A program made the translations under genes and the position numbers. DNA of 64,000 nucleotides from Octopus vulgaris (taxonomy: Eukaryota), in the NCBI GenBank assembly GCA_951406725.2, contig OX597843.1, positions 14,136,001-14,200,000 on the forward strand, given 5' to 3'. The notes beneath the pieces were generated by a model, which had not been told where the DNA came from, did not search any database, and worked only from the letters and a program-made list of their open reading frames with translations. How positions within the stretch are numbered: position 1 is the stretch's first letter; the number at the start of each line of letters is the position of its first letter. Positions 55,101 through 64,000 of this stretch are shown in pieces.

Positions 55101-55331
55101 ACATTTAAGAGAGTAGAGTAGGGAGCTGATGGTTCAGACATCAGGCTTCTGAAGGGGGCTCCACATATCTGAAGCATGGGAGAGAGAGAGAGAGAGAGAG
55201 AGTTAGGATCCCCACCATCCTCTCTGATACAGTCACCACTAACAGTCTACTACCACCAGAACACTTATGGTAAACATCCCTACATCACCGTCTGGAGATT
55301 GAAGCCAGAAGAGGAGGAAGCTGCAGTGAAC

Positions 55332-56087
55332 AGGGTTGGGTGAAAAGGTCATAGAATGATGATGGAGGAATGATGCTGAAGCTGTGAACTCTTGCATGCA
55401 TTTATTTCTACCCTCTTCTTATTAATAACCGTTTCTTCCAGGGTAAACTAACATCCTACTGTTCAAAGAAGACTTCAAAAGTAACCAGCAGTGAAGGGTT
55501 TAGCCCCCAACGACTTTCATATTGACATGGTTGCTATACTAGGGGACGATGCTCCAGCTTTATCAACAGTGCAAAAGGGGACAGCTGAAAGTTGGAGGGG
55601 AAGGGAGAGTCTTGAAAATGACCCCATGTCTGGACATCCTGCGACTACCACCACTGAGGAAGACATTGATCATGAGGGGTGACATGCAATTGACTCTAAA
55701 TCAAAGAGCCAATGTAATTAGCATATTCTGTGACCCGATGAAATGCACCGGCCTGATCACATCACGAGAAACTTTGACATTGTCTGAGGCAGGTCCAGCT
55801 GCTTTCCTTGACCGTTTCCTAGCCCAGGACGGGTGTTGGCTTCATCACTTTGAGCCAGAGACAGAGGCAACCCATGCAGTGAAAACACCCCTCCTCACCT
55901 GCAGGTAAGGTGAAGGCCACAGCTTTTGGGGATGCAAAAGCCCCCTTCAGAAATAGGATCAAAGCACTGCAACACCAATGGAAGAAGTGTGTGGACTGCA
56001 AAGGGGACTATGTTGGGAAATAAACCTCATTGGGTCCCATTCTATGAAAGTATCTTGGTCAGCATATGAACTTTTCAGCCAACCCTC
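55332..56087 (+). mobile_element. Internally deleted mariner element
   Basis: TIRs AGGGTTGGGTGAAAAGGTCAT / ATGAACTTTTCAGCCAACCCT; HTH remnant DMVAILGDDAPALSTVQK and WLHHFEPET. Confidence 0.7.
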
Positions 56088-56089
56088 AT

Positions 56090-56470
56090 ATAATAATAAA
56101 ATAATAATAATGAAATTATTGTATAGAGTGCTCAGAAAGTTGTCAGAAAGTGCATATAAAGTATATGTAGTAATGTAGAAATGTCTGGAAAGCGAACAAG
56201 GTATGAGTCAGATACAAGCTTGTGTGTGTATGGAGGGGAGAAAATCAGGTGTAGTGTTGGCGAATCTCAGGAAGCATGGAAGTTTTGAAGGATGCAGTGC
56301 TCCGACAACTAACAACTGATGCCGGCAGTTTGTTCCATGCTTCAGTAACTCTAAGCGTGAAGAAATGTTTCCTAAAGTCATGGGAGCTGTGCTGTTTTCT
56401 AATATGTCCACAGGTGTTAGACAGGTGGAGTTTGAAAAGGTGCTCAGAGTTATTGTTTGTAAGATGGTTG
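56090..56470 (-). mobile_element. CR1/L2-like LINE 3' end
   Basis: RKHFFTLRV.EAWNKLPASVV motif; near-identical to 61665-61970. Confidence 0.7.
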
Positions 56471-56940
56471 TGTTATATCAACAGCCATCCACATCAAAGA
56501 AACCTGGGAAAAGGCAGCAAAGGTCCCTCAATTGCTGCACATGTTCCAGTGACGCCATCTACATTCAATCCTGGGCATCTCTTGCCAGGGCAGAATGAGA
56601 AACAAAGAGGTACCAAGGGAAGTTTGCAGGACGTGGTCACTAAGCAACAGATATGGTTTACTGGCCATATGCTTCAATTACCCAGAGCAGGACATACTAC
56701 CATCGTGATGGATTGGACGCCAGTAGGAGGAAAGAGATCAAGGGCAAGACGTGGCGTGGTATATTAGGCGACAACATGATAGCAACAGGAGTTGGCCCTA
56801 GTTGAGCTACACAAAAAAAAAAGGCAAGTGATTGGGATGTGTAGAGAAAGTTTGTTGCCCCTTTTTGCCAACGGCATGGGAAGAAATGAATATTTGGAGA
56901 GAATAATATTGCTTATGTTTTCATATATATATGTGTATAT

Positions 56941-57348
56941 CATCATCATCATCATCATCATCATCGTTTAACGTCTGCTTCCCATGCTAGCATGGGTTGG
57001 ATGGTTCAACTGGGGTCTGGGAAGCCAGGAGGCTGCACCAGGCCCAGTCTGATCTGGCAATGTTTCTATGGCTGGATGCCCTTCCTAACGCCAACCACTC
57101 CATGAGTGTAGTGGGTGCTTTTTATGTGCCACCGACACCGGTGCCAGATGAGGCTGGCGAACGGCCACACTCAGATGGTGCTTTTTACATGCCACCGGCA
57201 CGGAGGCCAGGCGAGGCTGGCACGGCCACAATCGGATGGTGTTTGTTACGTGCCACCAGCACAGAGGCCAGTCGATGCAGTGCTGGCTACGGCCACGTTC
57301 AGATGGTTCTCTTATGTGCCACCGGCACTGGTACCACAACTACAAATT

Positions 57349-57350
<2 letters not shown>
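56941..57350 (-). mobile_element. SINE-like family C with (GAT)n tail (also 1181, 4781, 7537, 11482, 18208, 40586, 41400, 46898, 60431, 60918)
   Basis: CATCATCGTTTAACGTC..CCATGCTAGCATGGGTTGG..GGATGCCCTTCCTAACGCCAACCAC plus ~60-nt internal repeats; the 41400 copy is contiguous with the RTE 3' end. Confidence 0.75.
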
Positions 57351-57396
<46 letters not shown>

Positions 57397-57695
57397 AAAC
57401 ACGCACACACACATGTACATACAGGTACACCATTGATCTTGAGGAACCTTTGATACCACACCCATTCCAGATTACTACTGAAATCTGTGAACCAATGGTG
57501 GTCACACTCTAAATTCAATAAAATAAAGAGAACACCAACACTAGCACCACCACATTAGTATTACTACTATCACCACACAACCAAGACCACTACTACTCCT
57601 ACACCATCTCCACTGCCACCACAACTACCACTACACAAACACTATCATCATCATCACCACCATCACCACCACCACCACAATATCTGGTTATTTAC

Positions 57696-57814
57696 CGTTT
57701 GTAAAGGAATTCCCTCCTCATGTCTGGGTTGAGCCGTTTTGTTGAGTGAAGGAAGTTAGCGATGGCCACAGGATTGTCATCAACCAGACTCTGTCGGAAT
57801 AAATAGTCCATTCC
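57696..57814 (-). CDS. FBXO8: FBXO8 coding exon 3 (119 nt), Sec7 N-terminal part
   Basis: ctccaccag|GGA...CG|gtaaat; GMDYLFRQSLVDDNPVAIANFLHSTKRLNPDMRREFLYK. Confidence 0.93.
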
Positions 57815-58850
57815 CTGGTGGAGAAAAAAATATATATATATATGAGGGAGAGAATATATAGACAATATATAAAATATATACTTAGCGGTTCGGCAAAAGA
57901 GACCGATAGAATAAGTACTAGGCTTACAAAAGAATAAGTCCCGGGGTCGAGTTGCTCGACTAAAGGCGGTGCTCCAGCATGGCCGCAGTCAAATGACTGA
58001 AACAAGTAAAAGAGTAAAGAGTATATGTGCAGATGCTGTTATGAGGGTAAGGAGTTTCCTTCCAGAACATGGACTCGGAGTCAGTCCTGCTTTGCAGCAC
58101 CTTAGGCAAGTGTCTCCTACTATAGCCCCGGGCCGACCAAAGCCTTGTGAGTGGATTTGGTAGACGGAAACTGAAAGAAGCCTGTCGTATATATGTATGC
58201 ATGTGTGTGTTTGTGTGTCTGTGTGTGTCCCCCTAGCATTGCTTGACAACCGATGCTGGTGTGTTTACGTCCCCGTCACTTAGCGGTTTGGCAAAAGAGA
58301 CCGATAGAATAAGTACTGGGCTTACAAAGAATAAGTCCCGGGGTCGATTTGCTCGACTAAAGGCGGTGCTCCAGCATGGCCGCAGTCAAATGACTGAAAC
58401 AAGTAAAAGAGTTAAAGAGTATAGAAAATATATAGAGGAGATGCAGAGCATTGGTCCACAACCAGGGCCCATGGTGGGATTTTGTTGTTAAATTTATCCA
58501 TAATAAATCAGTTCTGCTTCTATCATCTTCATTTAATGTCTGTTGTCCATGCTGGACACTCTGAGAGCATAATGGGTGCTTCATACGTGCCACTGGCACA
58601 GGTGCCATTTGCATGACACCAGTATCTGCCACAACTACAAACTTACTTGATGGGTCTTCTCTTCACGCTTGGCATAAAGCCAAAGGTGTCGGTCATTCGT
58701 CATTGCCTCTGTAAGGCCCAATGCTTGACCAATACACAAAATAAGGAAAATAGAAAAGTATTTTGAAACATTGAACGCTCGACCCAAGTAAAATAGAAAT
58801 CAAAAGGGGTCCATGGGGAAAAAAATGGTTCTGAAGCACTGATATACAGG

Positions 58851-58922
<72 letters not shown>

Positions 58923-59203
58923 ATAATAAACAAAGGGTAAAATTAATTAATTAACTAGTAATCAATAATTTCACCAAGTAGAATTCGGCATGAAAAAGGA
59001 CCATTTCTTGGTAAGCTTAAGTAATATTTTATAATTAGGGTTCAGCAAAGATTTGCTTTACCACATACTGAAGTGTTTTCGAGTACTTTGTTTTTGTCCG
59101 GGAATCTCTTTTTAAAGTAAAGGAAATAGCTAAGGTTCTCTGGCTGCTATTTCTAAACTTCGGTATGTGGTAAAGCAAATCTTTGCTGAACCCTAATTAT
59201 AAA

Positions 59204-59240
<37 letters not shown>

Positions 59241-59243
<3 letters not shown>

Positions 59244-60811
59244 ATATATAAAACTGAAATGCATTTTTACCGCTTGGATCGCTTTCAATGCCACTACGAC
59301 CCGTCCGATTTGCTCCAAAATTTACAGGGACATGTAGAATGAGGTGACGATGCCAGTGGGCTACCTTACAAATCCCTATCTTAAAAGTTGACGTTGCTAG
59401 GGGCCATCTTCCTCACTCACGCTATTTCCTCCTTTTCCTCTCTTACTCCCCTTCATTTAGTCCACTCCCGTTATTTAATGTAAGAACATTTTCACTCACT
59501 CTATCTCTTAGCTTCCCATAATTTTTACTCAAGTATCTCTATACAGAGAAACAAATATTCCATCGCCATCGCATTCTATTGTCTACCTGTCAACGCGCCC
59601 ATCGACCAAATACAAACAGAACACACCAACGAGCGTTTATATACATGTGTGTGTGTGTTCTATATATAACTATGTATATATCTGTATTTATGTATATTAA
59701 ACTTTTTAATACTTTTTGATAGTTACGTAAAGGGAACTGGTTGCTTCTTTACACTTTTTGGGTGCAACTTGGGTGCGAGACAGATAATTTTCTCTGTTAA
59801 TTACGTGACCAACAGGGGTCTAACAGGGGGAAATTATGCCTAAACATGAGCGCAGCACATGTGAACATCCAAAGTGCTTTGAGTCGGGAGAAGAATTGAG
59901 CTGACAAAGACGTGTTGCAAAACAAGGGAGTACACGTGCAGAACAGAGGTGCATGAGTGCAATAGGGCTTGCTAGGCTGAAATACAGTGTACAGTATTGA
60001 ATATCCCAGTGATTAATGCGGTAAGGCTGAGGCTGCCAGCCAGTGCTTGAGCTATTATATGCCTCGGTCGTACAGGAACAAAAGTGTGGCATGCTGGCAC
60101 GTTGTAAGGGACAAACAACTTTCTCTATGTATGCGTGACCGACCTAGGGTCTTACAGAGATGAGTTGTGTTTACAAGGGCACACTGAGCATGGAAAACAA
60201 GCGAGAAAGGCATGTGTAGCGTATGAATGTGACAGAGATAGTGTTTTGCCGTCTGCCTTGAAGCAGACCTTTCCGTTGTTACTGCCTGATATTTATGATT
60301 GATTTTTCTAAATATTTTATTTCTCAACTTACTCAAGATCTTTTGTTGTTTATAAATGGGAGAGAGATAGATAAAGATAGAGAGTAAGAGAAAGCGAGGG
60401 AGAGTCCGAGAGAAACAAAGAGGGAGAATTATCATCATCATCATCGTTTAACGTCCATTTTCTGTGCTAGCACGGGTTGGACAGTTTGACAGGGGTCTGG
60501 GAAGCCAGGAGGCTGCACCAGGCTCCAGTCTGATCTGGCAGTGTTTCTACGGGTGGATGCCCTTCCTAACGCCAACCACTCTGTGAGCGTATGGGGGTGG
60601 GGGTGCTTTTTCATGCCGCCGGCACAGGTGCCAAGGGGGCTGGCAGCGGCCACGATCAGTTGGTGCTTTTTATGTGCCACCAGCACAGAAGCCAGTCAAG
60701 GCGGCGCTGCATTCTGCCACGTTCAGATGGTGCTTTTTACGTGCTGAAAGGAAGCAACAGAAAGTAACAACCACACACTTACCCGCGCGTAGAGCGGGTC
60801 ACCTTCAGCTA

Positions 60812-60812
<1 letters not shown>
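59241..60812 (+). mobile_element. Non-autonomous Helitron with nested repeats
   Basis: A|TCTATATATAAAACTG 5' end; 3' hairpin ACCCGC gcgtaga GCGGGT then CTAG|T; no TSD. Confidence 0.7.
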
Positions 60813-60860
<48 letters not shown>

Positions 60861-61288
60861 ATATGTATAGGGAGAACATATATACCATACTTAGACAATA
60901 TATAGAATATATACAGGATCATCATCATCATCATCATCGTTTAGCGTCCGTTTTCCATGCTAGCATGGGTTGGACGGTTCTACTGGGGTCTGTGAAGCCA
61001 GAAGGCTTCATCAGGCCCAGTCAAATCTGGCAGTGTTTCTACGGCTGGATGCCCTTCCTAACGCCAAATATATATATATATATAGAATATCTATTATCTT
61101 TTACTTTTTTCAGTCATTAGACTGCGTCCATGCTGGAGCATTGCCTTGAGCAATTTTTAGTCGAATGAATTGACCCCAATACATTCTTTTTGCTTTTTTC
61201 AGGTCTGCTACTTTATCAGTTACTTTTGAGGAGGAGAAGAAGAGGGTGAAGAGGAAATACTGATCCAGAATGTTCCCCAGATACTTAC

Positions 61289-61418
61289 TATAAGGGGATC
61301 CACATTAAATGTGAGGGAGGCTTCGTCCAGCAATAAATAAAGTCGTTTGTAAGAATATTCCGGTTGGTCCTGCCATCGATCGTACACACTCACTTCTCCC
61401 CATGATGCTTTGCACAGG
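61289..61418 (-). CDS. FBXO8: FBXO8 coding exon 2 (130 nt)
   Basis: ttttcag|C...ATA|gtaagt; LCKASWGEVSVYDRWQDQPEYSYKRLYLLLDEASLTFNVDPLI. Confidence 0.93.
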
Positions 61419-61664
61419 CTGAAAATAGAAACATTATTATTATTATTATGATGATGATGAAGGTGGTGAGCTGGAAGAATTGTTAGCAGACCGGGTGAAA
61501 TGCTTAGCAGTATTTCGTTTGTCTTTACGGTCTGAGTTCAAATCCTGCCAAGGTCGACTTTGTCTTTCATCCTTTCTTAAAAGATGAAAAAAGTATGTGG
61601 ATAAATTTGACTGACAAAATAGCCTTTGAGGTACTGCTCTAGTTTGGCCATAGTCCAAAGATTG

Positions 61665-61970
61665 GCTAACAGCACAGCTCCCATGACTTCAGGAAACATT
61701 TTTTCACGCTGAGAGTTGCTGAAGCATGGAACAAACTGCCGGCATCAGTTGTTAGTTGTCGGAGCACTGCATCCTTCAAAACTTCCATGCTTTCTGAGAG
61801 ATTCGCCAACACTACACCTGATTTCCTCCCCTCCATACACACAAGCAAGCATGTATCTGACTCATAGATTGTTCGCTTTCCAGACATTTCTACATTACTG
61901 CATATACTTTATACGCACTTTCAGACAAGTTGTGGTGCACCTGAGCAACTGTAGACAATAATTTCATTAT
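61665..61970 (+). mobile_element. CR1/L2-like LINE 3' end
   Basis: FRKHFFTLRVAEAWNKLPASVVSCRSTASFKT. Confidence 0.7.
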
Positions 61971-62161
61971 TAAAAAAAAAAAATAATAAAATAAACTCTG
62001 ACATATGCAATCATGGAAAAGAGGAGATTACAGAGATGATGATGATGACAATGGATATTTCCTGACTTTCGCTGTTTGGGGTGGGAGAAAGAATGATTTC
62101 AACCCCCCCGAGGCACAAGAGTTGTTGGTTCAGGGGTGACAGGAACCAGAAAAGTGCTTAC

Positions 62162-62379
62162 CTTAACCAAAGTAACTCATCATTGCCAAGGGTGTCCCAC
62201 ACACATGCAGCCAGACAGAGGTCGGTGGCGTTCAGATAGGACAAGACAGCTAAACTCAGTTCAGGTGGAAGCTCCCTTAAGTCTGGAAAGCCACTGCTGG
62301 TCAGCGTTTTGGTCGTGTAGTTATGATGACCGACGCATTCCCTCTCAAGTTCCTGAAGACGGCGAAAAACTTGACCCAT
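62162..62379 (-). CDS. FBXO8: FBXO8 first coding exon (F-box); exon extends to acceptor at 62414
   Basis: MGQ...DLRELPPELSLAVLSYLNATDLCLAACVWDTLGNDELLW, nearly identical to the FBXO8 F-box; donor AG|gtaagc, phase 2. Confidence 0.95.
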
Positions 62380-63027
62380 AATGCACTTTTACCTTTGGAC
62401 AGATTTCCTAAAACCTGAAAGAAGAGAATAAAAGAAATTAATTTACATATACATATAGGCGCAGGAGTGGCTGTGTGGTAAGTACCTTGCTAACCAACCA
62501 CATGGTTCCGGGTTCAGTCCCACTGCGTGGCATCTTGGGTAAGTGTCTTCTGCTATAGCCTCGGGCCAACAAATGCCTTGTGAGTGGATTTGGTAGACGG
62601 AAACTGAAAGAAGCCTGTCGTATATATGTTTGTGTGTCTGTGTTTGTCCCCCTAGCATTGCTTGACAACCGATACTGGTGTGTTTATGTCCCCATTACTT
62701 AGCGGTTTGGCAAAAGAGACCGATAGAATAAGTACTGGGCTTACAAAGAATAAGTCCCGGGGTCGATTTGCTCGACTAAAGGTGTTGCTCCAGCATGGCC
62801 ACAGTCAAATGACTGAAACAAGTAAAAGAGTAAAGAGTATACATGTGTGAATGGTGGGGGGGGGGAGTACCATGTAAAATGCAGCCAGTACAGTCTGTGA
62901 AGTGGTTGGCATTAAGAAGGGCATCCGACAGGAACCTGGTATGGCTCCCAGCCATCTCAGCTCCTATCCAACCGATGGAGAAAGGACATATGATGATGAT
63001 GATGATGATAATGACACACACACAGAA

Positions 63028-63260
63028 GGTGGCGAGCTGGCAGAATCGTTAACACGCCGGGCAAAATGCTTAGCTGTATTTCGTCTGCCGTTACGTTCTG
63101 AGTTCAAATTCCGCCGAGGTCGACTTTGTCTTTCATCCTTTCGGGGTCGATAAATTAAGTACCAGTTACGCACTGGGGTCAATATAATCAACTTAATCCG
63201 TTTGTCTGTCCTTGTTTGTCCTCTCTGTGTTTAGCCCTTTGTGGGTAGTAAAGAAATAGA
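63028..63260 (+). mobile_element. SINE family B (also 5611, 6469, 20725, 21503, 23240, 24769, 25921, 33873, 61461)
   Basis: GGTGGCGAGCTGGCAGAATCGTTA...GAGTTCAAATTCCGCCGAGGTCGACTTTG; many copies, often with (ATT)n tails. Confidence 0.8.
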
Positions 63261-63876
63261 TAAGGATACACACACACACACAACCATGCAAATGGCTTAG
63301 GAGTGAAATTTAGGATTTCTTGGTTTTCTGTGAATCGGTTTTGATAAAACCTTTTTGCAGCTGGTTTTCACACTATGGCAGCACCATTGTTATAGTTTCA
63401 TCATTCTGTGTAACATCCTTTTCTCTATATTTCAGATTCTTCAGTTTTTGGGTGAACCACGCTAATAGCTTTTGAATGAAAATAGCCCATCTAGATATTT
63501 TTTTCAGAAAATGAAGGGTAATGATACATATTAAGGATACATTGAGTCTATATTTAACAGAAAACCATAATAATAATATTATAACATTTATGACATAATG
63601 AAATATTTAGCCAGATGAGAGCCATTTTGACGGATAACTTCAAAACCCGTATTAGTCAGAGAATCTGTGTATGTATATACATACACAGACTTCCAAATAC
63701 CAAAGTGGTTGGCATTAGGAAAGGCGTCCAGCTGTAGAAAGCAAGCCAAAACAGACTGGGATTCTGAACAACCCTTCAGCTGGCAAGTTCTGGTCAAACC
63801 ATCCTACCCTTGCCAGCAGGGAAAACAAACGTTAAATGACGATGATGGGACTTGTGTATGTATGTATGTATGTGAA

Positions 63877-63932
<56 letters not shown>

Positions 63933-64000
63933 GTATGTATGTATGTATGTGTAGGCACATGCGTGGGCGTGTCGTAAGTAGCTTGTTTACCAACCACATG

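Overview
Eukaryotic, AT-rich, microsatellite- and SINE-dense genomic DNA. The repeat families look like those of an octopus/coleoid cephalopod (inference, not searched). Two convergent spliced genes can be rebuilt by hand. (1) The 3' part of a HIP1/HIP1R (Sla2) gene on +: seven phase-consistent exons (1929-12020) encoding the I/LWEQ (THATCH) domain, then several candidate phase-0 terminal or micro exons out to 34100 and a polyA signal near 35.9 kb. (2) A complete FBXO8 (F-box + Sec7) CDS on -: five exons, 62379-50669, 891 nt/296 aa. Between them lies a frameshifted, intron-free LRWD1 WD40 fragment. The rest is transposon-derived: a full-length degenerate Tc1/mariner, Helitron pieces including a complete non-autonomous Helitron, TIR/TSD MITEs, RTE/CR1 LINE fragments, several SINE families and a ~7.7 kb (TAT)n array. 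The most interesting unexplained signal is a dispersed set of short elements in or beside (TA)n tracts. They form long fold-back palindromes and/or carry minimal hammerhead-ribozyme motifs of the Penelope-like type. One fold-back has arm differences strongly biased to G.U wobble / A-to-G. Most ORFs in the supplied track are repeat artefacts.
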